Assembly: GCA_951406725.2 (NCBI GenBank)
Contig: OX597825.1
Location: 77,872,001-77,936,000 of the forward strand
Direction of reading: 5' to 3'
DNA length: 64,000 nucleotides
DNA from: Octopus vulgaris
Taxonomy: Eukaryota
Each line of letters begins with the position of its first letter. Positions within the stretch are counted from its first letter, which is position 1. The notes under the pieces were generated by a model. It was given only the letters and a program-made list of their open reading frames with translations. It made no database searches and was not told the origin of the DNA. The translations under genes were made by a program, and so were the position numbers. Positions 26,389 through 38,620 of the stretch are shown in pieces.

Positions 26389-27685
26389 ATATATATATAT
26401 ATATATACATACATGCATACATACATAACACACACTCATACACACATACACGCGCATGCACATATACACACGATGGGATCCCACACACTTTCCGTCTATC
26501 AAATTCACTCACAATGTATTGGTGGGACCGGGGCTACAATAGAAGGCATTTGCCCAACGTGCTGCACACTGGAACTTAACCCGAAATCACGTGTTCGCCA
26601 GGCGAACCTCTGATCCACACAGACATGAGTGTTATTTAATATACATCGGTGTGTGAATGTTTATTTACATATACGCATTCATACTTTTATTGATAGACAT
26701 AGCCATGCGCAGCTCTAACCTATTTATATATGCATCCGTTATCTTTGCGCACGTGCGTCTGCATATACACATCCGTATGTACGTTGTGCGTATTCGTGTC
26801 TGTTCTAAGTATTTGTGTTCCTACGTGTTTTATCAGCTTTTTATCTTTTCGTATCCATTAAGATTCCGTCTTGCATAACTTTTCTTTATCCCTTTTTTTC
26901 TCCTTATTTATATTGTTTTTATATTTCCTTGTTTTCATTGAAGTCTCTATCGGTGTTGATGTGGCCTTGGTGGTGGTGGTCGTCGTGGTGGTGGTTCACC
27001 GCTTTCATGCAACGTCCCCTGGCTACACTCGTCGCCCCTTATACAAAGAATGAAAACACTAAGGCGATAGACTGATAGAACCATTACATTGTTACATGCT
27101 GAGCATTTGGGTTTTGAGTTCAAATCACGACGAGGCCCCTTTTCCCATAGATTTCTCTGCATCGACAAAACCATCTACAAACTAGGGTCGATATAACTAC
27201 CACAATCCTTCCCCCAAATTTCTGGTCATGTACCTTTATCCGAGATTATGATTTTTTTTTTTGTTTTCTTGTTTGTTTTGTGGGATAGAGTTCATTTTTT
27301 CCACGGGGGGGGGGGGGGCAGTTTGTTTGTTTTTTGGAATCGGTAGAGCATCATAGACATGTTTTGCGTTATTACTTCTAGCTCTTTACATTCAGGGTTC
27401 AAATCTCGTCAATGTCGGTTTTGCATTAGATGTCATTGGGTCGATAAAAATATAATATCAATCACTATCTGTAGGTAATATAATTGACTTTTTCTTTCTT
27501 TTTTTCACCTCCGAATTTCAGGTTTTATGGCTATAACATATCCATTCACTCTTAATACGTTCAAGCAGATTCAAAAGTGAATATCTGGTCACCGATGTTT
27601 TACCTCATCGGAGAGCACCTTCTCACTTTAAACGATGGGTATTCTTAACACTCTGTTCACCATTGTAAAGAAAGTGAAAACCTCA

Positions 27686-27721
27686 TGGTGTTTCGACCTC
27701 GTTGAGTGTCTCATCAGTCAA
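27686..27721 (-). ncRNA. Hammerhead core fragment
   Basis: Minus strand CTGATGA-GAC(a)CTC(aac)GAG-GTC-GAAA; no adjoining UH cleavage site or stem I. Confidence 0.4.
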
Positions 27722-27964
27722 CGTTACCCCCACCGGATCGGGGAATCTCACAAGAGTAGTAATTTTCCATAACCAATTATTTAATGTTATCGATTACTAT
27801 TGCAGCTAAGTTACAGGATGTAAAGGGCCATAGGACAACATATAGGTAAGCAGTGCGCATATTCAAACACAAACACACGCACATATACATAGACATATAG
27901 ATATATATAAATACACATACACGTTTACATATATATATATATATGCGCGTGTGTGCATGCATAC

Positions 27965-28019
<55 letters not shown>

Positions 28020-28066
28020 TATATATATATATAATATACATATCTATATATATATAAATATAAATG

Positions 28067-28103
<37 letters not shown>

Positions 28104-28576
28104 TATTGCCATAGCCATATATATATATATATATATATATATGCGTGTGTATCTATAGAGTATACGTTTACAAAGAATGCATATGATGTATAAATTTACA
28201 CAAATACGCACACACATATATGTATATATATTCATATATGCATGCTTATATATATATATACAATTTAAATACGTATACATATATATGTATGTAAATGCCT
28301 GCATATGTATATGTATATACATATATGGATATATGCACATCCGTCTATCTATTTATATATGTAAGTATGTATGTATGAATGTATATAAAACTTTGCGTCT
28401 CTGCGTGTGTGCGCGCGTGCGGACGTGTATATTTCAGTTTTGAAATGTTTATATTCTCTTCATGTTATGCGAAAACAAGATAAGGATTTTTGTTGTATGG
28501 TTTCATAGCAGAAGTCACACAGTTAGTGAGTTGCTGGTTTCACTCGTAAGATTAACAGACGTATACAGATATACAC

Positions 28577-28610
<34 letters not shown>

Positions 28611-28788
28611 ATACATACGAGCTAATCCACCTATATAATTATATAAATATATGTATATTATATAAATACATTATATATGTATATATAATTATATATATAT
28701 ACAAGCTAATCCACCTATATAATTATATAAATATATCGTTTTTCGTTTTTCTTGTTTCAGCTCAGAGCTGCAGCCATGTATATATATT

Positions 28789-28879
<91 letters not shown>

Positions 28880-28928
28880 TGAGGGAGATAAATTGATATT
28901 AATTTTAATATCAATTTAAAACCAGTAG

Positions 28929-29021
28929 TCCAGCATACAAAAAATCTGAGAAGTCAGAGAAAATTCTAATATATGTGTATATTGGCAAGGCTTACTGCTA
29001 GGAAGTAGGCCGTATGCTAGA
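28929..29021 (+). ncRNA. Candidate structured RNA: closing helix, hairpin and H-type pseudoknot, in a (TA)n-flanked island (28874-29142)
   Basis: AGCATAC/GTATGCT; TCTGA(gaag)TCAGA; TTGGCA/TGCTAG crossed with GGCTTAC/GTAGGCC; folded by eye from a single copy. Confidence 0.45.
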
Positions 29022-29504
29022 AACAGATCATCAACGATCAAACTACAAGGAAATTCTCTAGAAGAAAAATTCAGCGAACACCAGAACCAAATTTGGCGGG
29101 CAGGACAGATGAAAATTTATATAAAAAACAGAATTAAATGCATATATATATATATATATAATATAACTAATACATACATATGCACCCTAACACAACTCAC
29201 ACACACACGAAAACACGCAAATACCGCAGACGCACTCTCGCGGTAATCATACTCATATTTATGCGAAGCTTTTTGAAATTTGAATAATAATGGATTTTTT
29301 TTGTTTTTTATTTTTTTAGCGAAGCATTGAGTGAAAGCCAGAAAATGAAGGGGAGCAAAGTGTTTTGTTCATATCCTCACCCCGAGTATTTGCTGGTATT
29401 TTACTTTATTTCATTGATTCGGCAGGATGAAAATCTAGGTTGATCCTAAAGGAACGAGATTCGAACCATCAAAATAAAGAATAGAAGAAATAAAGGTTTC
29501 ACAT

Positions 29505-29665
29505 GTTGGCACAAGGCCAGCAATGTGATGGGATGGTACAAGTCGATCAACTGGTCGAAAAGCAAAGTCGACCTGGGCGGAATTTGAACTCAGAACTTCA
29601 AGACTGACGATGTGCCGCTGAACATTTATTCAGTCGTGCTATCGATTCTGCCAGCTCACCGCTTA
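29505..29665 (-). mobile_element. SINE family B, internally deleted
   Basis: gcaaagtcgacctgggcggaatttgaactcagaac...gattctgccagctcaccgc. Confidence 0.8.
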
Positions 29666-29784
29666 ATCGGAACAAATAACGCAATGTGTTTTTTTACAGC
29701 TTTGAAGCAATTCTGCCATGATATTTCTGTTTTTATTTTAGAACAAAGGCCAACATTTTTGAAGTGAGGGCTATTAGTCTATAC

Positions 29785-29850
29785 CAAGGCGTCGGCAACC
29801 TGTGGCACGCGTGCCATGTGTGTGACGCGGACCAATTCACAAGCCTCTTG
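29785..29850 (+). mobile_element. hAT/Charlie-type terminal fragment
   Basis: gtctatac followed by caaggcgtcggcaacctgtggcacgcgtgcca resembles Charlie-group TIR and target site; partner end not found. Confidence 0.5.
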
Positions 29851-30325
29851 GTAAAAAATAAACGTAAATTTTTGTTTATAACTATATTTCAGAAAATGAT
29901 ATCATAATAATTAAATTACATCGTTACATGCCTTCTTTTATGATCCATCTATTCTAAGCTTAACTATCTGAAGTTAGCTGTATTTAGTAATATTACATTT
30001 CCTTAAATTATTTTGACGATGCCAAATTATAAATGTTAGCACAATTAACTTGTCGTTTGTAAGCTGGCGCTGAAAGCATTTATATGTACTTTATTACTTA
30101 AGCCAGGAACTAGAGCTGGCTGTATATTTAGAAGTGCAGATCATGATATGTTAAAATTAGTTAACCACCTTTCAGCGGCCAGTCTAAATAAAGACACTCT
30201 TTAAAATGGACTCCTACTTTACGGGTCATCTATAAGTAGGCAATACAGTTCTATATTTAAGAGATGAGTAATTATGTACATTTACATTATTTACATTTGA
30301 CGGATCCTCATCTTGTTTGTTGTTA

Positions 30326-30369
30326 ACACAACGTTTCGGCTAATATACCCTCCAGCCTTCTACACGTGT
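30326..30369 (-). ncRNA. Degenerate minimal hammerhead in a pLTR-like repeat
   Basis: Minus strand ACAC-gtgtaGA-a-GGCT(...)AGCC-GAAA-CG-TT-GTGT; stems intact, CUGA box decayed. Confidence 0.5.
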
Positions 30370-30444
30370 TTTGGGGAAAATTTCGAACCTGGATTGTCAT
30401 TCATTGACAGATACGTTTATATCGATTATATATATATTGTGTGC

Positions 30445-30508
<64 letters not shown>

Positions 30509-30759
30509 ATATATATATACACACACATATTTATATATGCATAGAAACTAAGTCCTGGTAACTAAACGGAAATGCTTTCGCTAATGAAATCTAACAACAT
30601 TGAAACATGCTCAATTTTTAAACGGTGGTTACGACAATATTTGCAGTGGTTGTTGAAGTGATTGCAAGGGATGGTGGTGGGAATGGTGCTGCCGGTGGTG
30701 GAAGTGGCGATGGCTGTAACGGCAGTTGCAGTTTGTGATGGTGATTATAGTATTATACG

Positions 30760-31265
30760 CTGTGGTGGGGGTGGGGGTACTGGTGGTGGTGCTGATGGTG
30801 CTGTTGGTACTAGTGGTGGTGGTGGTGGTTTTGGTGGTGATGGTGGTGGTGATAGTATTGGTGGTGGAGCTGGTGGTGGTGGTAGTACTGGTGGTGGAGC
30901 TGGTGGTGGTGGTGGTGGTGGTACTGGTGGTGGCAGTATTTGTGGTGGAGCTGGTGGTGGTGGTGGTGGTGGCTTGGTGGTGGTAGTGGTACTGGTGGTG
31001 GTGGTGGTGGTGGTGGTGGTAGTATTGGGTGGTGGTGGTGGTGGTGGTGGTGGTGGTGGAGCTGGTGGTGGTGGTGGTATTGGTGGTGGTGGTTTAGTGG
31101 TGGTAGTGGTACTGGTTGTGTTGGTGGTAGTATTGGTGGTGGTGGTGGTGGTAGTATTTGTGGTGGTGGTGGTGTTAGTATTGGTGGTGGTGGTGGTGGT
31201 GGTGGTGGTGGTGGTAGTGGTGATACCAGTGGTGGTGTGGATGGTGATAATGGTGGTGGTCGTGG
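30760..31265. repeat. Imperfect (GGT)n tract
   Basis: Directly visible; gives the poly-G/V/W ORFs. Confidence 0.95.
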
Positions 31266-31685
31266 TGCTTATTGTGATAATGACGGTGATAATGCTGATT
31301 GTCGTGATGGCGTTAATGGAATATATAGAAAATATTAAACCAAAAAAAAAAAAATCCCCCCAAAAAAACCAGGGATTAGTGACGCCAGAGATAAGGACAG
31401 TTTAAAAGCGATATGGGGCTGTTGTGTTCTGTGGAGTGGCGTAGTATCGAAAGGGATGGTCGTTTAATTAATTTCCTCATTTATATTCCATTTGTAAGGC
31501 TGTGCTTTAAACTTGGTGGAAGGGTGTGAGCCAGGGAGATGCTATGACCGGCTTCCTTTTTGATTCGATTTCAGCCTCTTCCACCACCATTTTTTTTATC
31601 AAAACTATTTAGCTAAATCTGTGGATATTTTCTGTAAAATGTTTGTGGAGATGCGGGGGTGGGGTTAAGTGTGGACCTTATTATC

Positions 31686-31686
31686 G

Positions 31687-31723
<37 letters not shown>

Positions 31724-32010
31724 CATAGATTTTGTTATTTGATATTTGTTTCATCGCAGGACTTTATGACTGTTTTGTCGTTGTTCTTGTCTTCGCAGTC
31801 GGCGTAGGTGACGCTGCTGTCGTCGTTGCTGATGTTGATGCTGATGTGTGTTGCTGTTGTTGTTGTTGCTGCTGCTGCTGCTGCTGATGTTGCTGCTGCC
31901 GTTATTGTTGTTGTTATGATTGATGTTGTTTTTTTGTTGCTGTTTTTGTTGTTGTTTTTGTTGCTGTTAATCCTGCTGCTACTGTTGTTGCTGCTGCTGT
32001 TGTTGTTCGT

Positions 32011-32044
<34 letters not shown>

Positions 32045-32671
32045 TTGCTTCTGTTATCACTATTGTTTTGTTGTTGTTGTTCTTGTTCTTGTTGCTGTTA
32101 TTACTGCTACTGATGCTGCTGTTGCTGTCGTTGTTCGTGTTGTTATTGTTGTTGTTGCTGCTGCTGCTGACGATGATGATGATGTTGCTGCTGCCGTTAT
32201 TGTTGTTGTTATGATTGATGTTGCTGTTTTTGTTGTTGTTGTTGTTGTTGTTGTTGCTGTTAATTCTGCTGCTACTGTTGCTGCTGCTGTTGTTGCTGTT
32301 ATCACTATTGATGTTGTTGTTGTTGCAGTTATTACTGCTATTGTTGTTGCTGCTGCTGTCGTCGTCCGTGTTGTTATTGTTGTTGCTGCTGCTGCTGCTG
32401 ATGTTGCTGCTGCCGTTATTGTTGTTGTTATGATTGATGTTGTTTTTTGTTGTTGTTGTTGTTGTTGTTGTTACTGTTAATCCTGCTGCTACTGTTGCTG
32501 TTGTTGCTGCTGCTGTCGTTGTTCGTGTTATTATTGTTGTTGTTGTTATTGTTGTTGCTGCTGATGATGATGTTGTTGATGTTGTCCTTGCTGCTGTTAT
32601 TGTTCCTTTGCAGATGATTGATGATGGTAGCAGTTCTGCTGTAACTGTTGATGATCATTATGATGATGATA

Positions 32672-32703
<32 letters not shown>

Positions 32704-32765
32704 GATGATGATGAGGAGGATGAGGATGATGATGATGTGGAGGAGGAGGATTATAGCGATGATGG
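31686..32765. repeat. (GTT)/(GCT)/(GAT) compound tract with a higher-order triplication
   Basis: gatgttgctgctgccgttattgttgttgttatgattgatgttg recurs near 31886, 32181 and 32400. Confidence 0.9.
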
Positions 32766-33319
32766 TTGTGCTATTATTCATATTGTTGTTGCTCTTATCT
32801 GTAGGCCTCTATCTAAAAAGAAGAAAAAAGAGACAACAAAGCTGTTACGTTTGATCGGGTTTGACCTGCAGTTAAACGAACTCGGCCTTGTGCACTTCTT
32901 TGCCTGTACAGTTGCACTGGCATTCCTGCATTAGTGAAAATGTATCAAAAAACACTTTTTAAATTTACGGGATCGTTAAGGCTGAAATCCTTGTGATTAT
33001 AGATATATCTGTTTCTATCTGATCGGAGTTGACCTGGAGTAAAAACAACATAAATTCGATCACTCATAGGCTTATATAACCCGCATTGGTACTCCAGGAC
33101 TAATATTCCTCTCCAAGTACTTCTCTTCTATTACTTCTGCCAAATGAAAATTCCGATAAGTTCCTTGTAAAAATCTGGAGCCGCCTCATTGTCGGTAAAG
33201 CTGCAAGAAATCTTTCTCTATTCATATCTATTTTCTGAAAAAGAAAAGTGAAGGGTTTATTTGTTATGGCCATTTGTTATGGCCATATTTATTGTCAAAT
33301 GTCTGGTCTTTAGTATCTG

Positions 33320-33655
33320 CCAGGTGACGAGCAAGCAGGATCGTATGCACGCCTGACAAAATAATTAGCGGCATTTCGTCCGTCTTTACGTTCTGAGATC
33401 AAATTTTCGCCGAGGTCTACTTTGCCTTTCATCCGTTCGAGGTAGAGAAAATAATTTCAGGCTGAACACTGGAGTTGATGTAATCGACTTACCCGTCCCA
33501 CAAAATTCTCGGCCTCGAGTCTAAATTTGAAATCAATATTTTGCTATCAAATTGAGGCGGTGAGCTGGAATGATCGTTACCACACCGGACGAGATGTTTA
33601 GCAGCATTTCATCTCTCTTTGCCTTCTGAGTTCAAATTCTGCGGAGGTTGGCTTT
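33320..33655 (+). mobile_element. Two tandem SINE family B copies
   Basis: ggtgacgagcaagcagg...tttgcctttcatccgttcgagg and gaggcggtgagctggaa...gagttcaaattctgcggagg. Confidence 0.75.
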
Positions 33656-33680
33656 ACACGCTGGGCAAAATTTGATAGCA

Positions 33681-33890
<210 letters not shown>

Positions 33891-34850
33891 ATTGAAAACT
33901 CACAGTTCATTTTACTGGGTATCATGGAAAGTGTCAACTGTCCAAAGCCAGCAAAATAAGGTGACACTTGTTTACTGGTCATGCTTCAAGAACCCTGCGA
34001 AGAATTCTTGCAGTTCCAAGCAATGCTGATTTTTGCAGGTGTTCTACATTCACACTTGTACCGATTTTTTTCAGCCATGCTGGTAGTTGAGTGCTGATAC
34101 TTCCAAGTGCATCAATTACTATTGGTATTACGTCTACTCTCTTCATTGACCATTGTATTTCCCATTTTATATCGTAATAATTGTCTATTTTTTCTTCGTT
34201 CACATCGATCCTGTTGTCACCGGGGCATGCTACGTCGGTAATCATACATGTTCTTTCTTTTTATTCTCCACAGCAAGATCCAGCTTCCGATGTCTGGTTG
34301 GGTTATCGCAATGGATCATTGCATCGCACAGGATTTTGCAATTCTCATTTTCGGTGACTCTTTCTGGGGTTTGCTGATACCACATCCTTGCTCTTTGTAA
34401 GCCGTGATTTCCTCAGAGCTTCCAATGGATTATTCTTGCCATATTGTCATGGCGTCGTTTGTACCAATTTCGGGCATTCGCTAACAATGTGCCATATCGT
34501 TTCGCCCCTCTCACCACATATTCTGCATTTGTCGCTATCGGTAGTGTTGTCTATTCTGCACTTCATATAGTTGATCCTTAAAGCTTGTTCCTGAGCTGCA
34601 CACATGAGTTCTTCTCTCTCTATCTTTATGTCACTCTTTCTCATCTATAGCCACCGGTCCTCTGTATCTGTCTTGGAGTTCACGTCGCCTGCAAACTGAC
34701 CGCACATTTTCTTTTCCTTCCATGCTTTTTCTTTTCTTTTATTTTTTTTTATTTTGTTCATTTCTTGTTTAAGTTTTTCTTTAGTTACACAATTTTCAGT
34801 GTTGATGACGCCGGCCTTCTTCGTGCGATTCAACAGTGACTCCACGGCAT
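33891..34850 (-). mobile_element. R4/Dong-like LINE 3' fragment (zinc knuckle plus RLE), pseudogenised
   Basis: AAQEQALR, CRICGERGETIWHIVSEC (CCHC), TDVACPGD...EKIDNY...IPIVIDALG...LQKSALLGTARILRRVL; several stops and frameshifts. Confidence 0.92.
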
Positions 34851-34882
34851 ATTTTAAAATTATCGTTATTATTATTTGTACT

Positions 34883-34964
34883 GGTAGCGTGGCTGAGTGG
34901 TCTAAGGCGCTAGTTTAAGACACTAGTCCCTTTGGAGGCGTGTGTTCGAATTCTACCGCTGCCA
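34883..34964 (+). tRNA. tRNA-Leu(AAG), probably a pseudogene
   Basis: GGTAGCG/CGCTGCC acceptor stem, anticodon arm CTAGT-TTAAGAC-ACTAG, long variable arm, TTCGAAT loop; T-stem GTGTG/TCTAC damaged (G53-C61 lost), A37, no T-run terminator. Confidence 0.85.
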
Positions 34965-34978
34965 AGCATAGTTTAAGG

Positions 34979-35078
34979 CGGGGTCGATAAAATAAGTACC
35001 AGTTGAGAACTGCGGTCGATGTAATCGACTCATCCCCACCTCTCCCAAGTTGCCCTTGTGGCATAAATTTGAAATAAT
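34979..35078 (+). mobile_element. SINE family B 3' half directly downstream of the tRNA-Leu
   Basis: cggggtcgataaaataagtaccagttgagaactgcggtcgatgtaatcgact. Confidence 0.8.
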
Positions 35079-35170
35079 TACTTTTATCATTACCACCACT
35101 ACCATTACCATCACCACCACTACCACCACTATACTACAACTACTACAACAACTACTACTACTACTACTAC

Positions 35171-35205
<35 letters not shown>

Positions 35206-36024
35206 TTAATAATAGTAATAATAATAATAGTAGGAGGAGGTTGAGGAAGAGGAGGAGGAGTAACAATAATAGTAATAGTAATAGTAACAAGAAGAAGAAG
35301 AAGAAGAAGAAGAAGAAGAAGAAGAAGAAGAAGAAGAAGAAGAAGAAGAAGAAGAAGAAGAAGAAGAAGAAGAAGAAGAAGAAGAAGAAGAAGAAGAAGA
35401 AGAAGAAGAAGAAGAAGAAGAAGAACAATTTCAGCATCAGTATTATCAAATTCAGCATTATTGGAATATTTCAGATAATCTTTGCCTTATAATCCTTCTT
35501 AAAATTACATTCAATCCATTTATTATATCTTTCATTCAATTTTGTTTTCAGTTATGAAAAAAAAACCCACCAACGTTGCTAACATTTTGTTTGATCTTAT
35601 CTATAAAAAAAAATGGAAGAAAAATATTCTGTTCTTTTCTTTTTTTTTACATTTTTGTGATTTTGTCATCAGCTATGACAATAAGACGGAACGAATAAGA
35701 TAGTCGCATTTGGTTAATCCTTCTTGTCTAAATAAACAACAAAATAAAAGAAAAACAAGGCGAACCCCAAAAGAAAATATGCGAAGAAATGTCAGTGGAA
35801 CTATCGAGAACAACCATGGAACTGGTTAACTCATGTGGATGCGCGCTTCTCTTGCTCGCAGGACATGAATCTCTATAAGTCTGTAAATATAAGAACGTGC
35901 CCAAGAAGCGAAACGAAACGCAGAACAAATTGACATTTTGTCGATCAGTTCTGGATAAATTGGTATATCAACATGTATGTGTGTGTGTGTGTATACATGC
36001 ATACATATATATGTATATATAAAC

Positions 36025-36063
<39 letters not shown>

Positions 36064-36796
36064 TATATATATATATATAAGTATATATATATATACGTAT
36101 ATATATATATATGTATATATATGTATATATGTATACATAGCTATCTATCTATCCATCTATATATATATATATACACATATATATACATATATCTGTTTAT
36201 ATATACATATATATATATATATGTATGTATATATATATATGCATATATATATAAATATATATATATATATGGTGTGGTATGTGTGGTGTGTGTGTGTGGT
36301 GTAGGTAGTGGTGAATTTTTTTTCTTCTTGTTATCTGACGATAATTAATTAAGCATTATGTATGAAGTTTGGAGATTATCAATGATTCGTTTGCCTTGAG
36401 GACGTATATGCCGTATCCGCATATCGATACGAAGTTGATACAATACAAGAAAAAGACATGAAACGTCTTGTCACAAAGAATGTCTACAGAAAATACAAGG
36501 AAATATTTAAGACAGGATAATATCGCAAGAATGGAAACGAATCCAACGGATTAGGCAGAGAGTAGTTATATTCCGTATTTTGAAGGACACAAAATAAGAA
36601 GCAAATAATGGTGCTTTCGTAAGAACAACCTTAGTCTTTGGTATACCTCATTGATTATAAATGTTTGTCTTTCGATGCCGATTCGTAAATTCTGCCGGAA
36701 TTTGAGAACACATTGCTGGCTAAATAATACACCAATGTTGTTTTTGTTGTTGCTGTTGTCGTATAATCCTAGGTCGGTCCCCTTCTAGTAAACGTA

Positions 36797-37009
36797 TACT
36801 CTTTTACTTGTTTCAGTCATTTGACTGCGGCCATGCTGGAGCACCGCCTTTATTTATAGTCGCGCAAATCGACCCCAGAGCTTATTCTTTGTAAGCCCAG
36901 TACTTATTATAGCGGTCTCTTTTGCCGAACTGCTAAGTTACGGGGACGTAAACACACCAGCATCAAGCGATGCTGGGGGGGGACAAACAGACACACAAAC
37001 ATATACACA

Positions 37010-37091
<82 letters not shown>

Positions 37092-37260
37092 TATATACGA
37101 CGAGCTTCTTCCAGTTTCTGTCTACCAAACCCACTCACAAGGCTTTGGTCGGCCCGAGGCTATAGTAGAAGACACTTGCCCAAGGTGCCATGCAGTGGGA
37201 CTGAACCCGCGACCATGTGGCTGGTAGACAAACTACTTACCACACAGCCACTCCTGCGCC
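36797..37260 (-). mobile_element. SINE family A, full length
   Basis: From ggcgcaggagtggctgtgtgg to gaaacaagtaaaagag, with internal (TA)(TG). Confidence 0.92.
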
Positions 37261-37757
37261 TATGATCAAAATAATTTCAAGTATACGCGTCCAGTATTCT
37301 TAAGATGTCCAGCAAGCAGTTTCGGACTATATTACACGATGGATGTTATTTGAAGATAAGAGAAAAAGCAAAATTAATTCGGGGCAACACAAAGCAGTGT
37401 TGAACGAAATATAGGTGAGTGTAATCATATGTTTCATGTTGAAGTTCATTTATGAGGTTCATGTAGGGAAAGAGGAGAGGATGGAAAAAAAGAGAAAGGA
37501 TGACCGTTTGGAGAGAGGAGAGATAAGGGAGAAAGAAAGGAGAGAGAAAGAGAGAGAGAGAGAATGAGATTTGAAAATAAAAGAAGTAAGTTTAAGGAAG
37601 TGGTAGAGCAAAGAGCAAGGAGAGAATGAGGGAAAGTGAGAAGAGATAAAGGCAGGTTGAGAGGAAAGAGGATGAAGTGGACGGGAGATAGAGAAGAAGA
37701 AGAAGAAGAAGAAGAAGAAGAAGAACAACAACAACAACAACAAATAGAAAGGCAGAT

Positions 37758-37886
37758 CGATAGATTGATAGATAGATAGATAGATAGATAGATAGACAGA
37801 CGGACGACGGACGGACGGACGGACGGACGGACGGACGGACGGACAGACAGACCGACAGACAGACAGACAGACAGACTGATAGATAT

Positions 37887-37931
<45 letters not shown>

Positions 37932-37993
37932 CGGACGGACGGACGGACGGACGGACGGACGGACAGACCGACAGACAGACAGACAGACAGACT

Positions 37994-38055
<62 letters not shown>

Positions 38056-38112
38056 CAGACGGACGGACGGACGGACGGACGGACAGACCGACCGACCGAC
38101 AGACAGACAGAC

Positions 38113-38180
<68 letters not shown>
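37758..38180. repeat. Higher-order (GATA)n-(GACG)n-(GACA)n block, three cycles
   Basis: Directly visible. Confidence 0.92.
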
Positions 38181-38181
<1 letters not shown>

Positions 38182-38429
38182 TAACACATACGTACATAGA
38201 AACTATTTAGATACACACACACAAACACAGGCTAACCCCCACACACACACACACACACATAACAAACTCACAGGAACATTATTAGATCAAAGCTTTTATC
38301 ATTAATTTTATTATTGGCACTGAATTTGAGAATAAATAAATAGAAAATAAATAAAATAAATGACAAGCAACACGAAAAAGAACAAAAGACTGTGTATTAG
38401 TTGGCAGGTTTGTGCCGCGGTTCTTCTGC

Positions 38430-38620
38430 AAATTGGCACCGCGCCAAAGAATAATCGCTTTGTACGAGAACGACTTCGTTACAACACTAAACCATAGAAA
38501 TATTGAAACATTCGCATATGAGAAGCAGCGGTGATATCGATGCTATAACATTTACGGGATATTTTCATATTAGTGTATTGCATGTGTAGCCGAAACAAAA
38601 TGGCGGCGATGCCTTCCGCT
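38430..38620 (+). promoter_or_regulatory. Candidate promoter-like motif cluster (E2F, DRE-like, YY1)
   Basis: cgcgccaaa 38440-38448, tatcgat 38535-38541 and caaaatggcggc 38596-38607 in CpG-retaining unique DNA. Confidence 0.3.

Noticed and set aside
28929-29021. The true telomerase RNA gene
   Set aside because: No CCCTAA-type template is present; only the architecture is similar.
30662-31405. Gly/Val-rich 247-aa ORF resembling a structural protein
   Set aside because: (GGT)n is open in all three frames and the reading slips between poly-G, poly-V and poly-W; no gene structure.
36444-36472. acaa...GAAACGTCttgt hammerhead-like half
   Set aside because: The CUGAnGA box and stem II are absent; likely chance.
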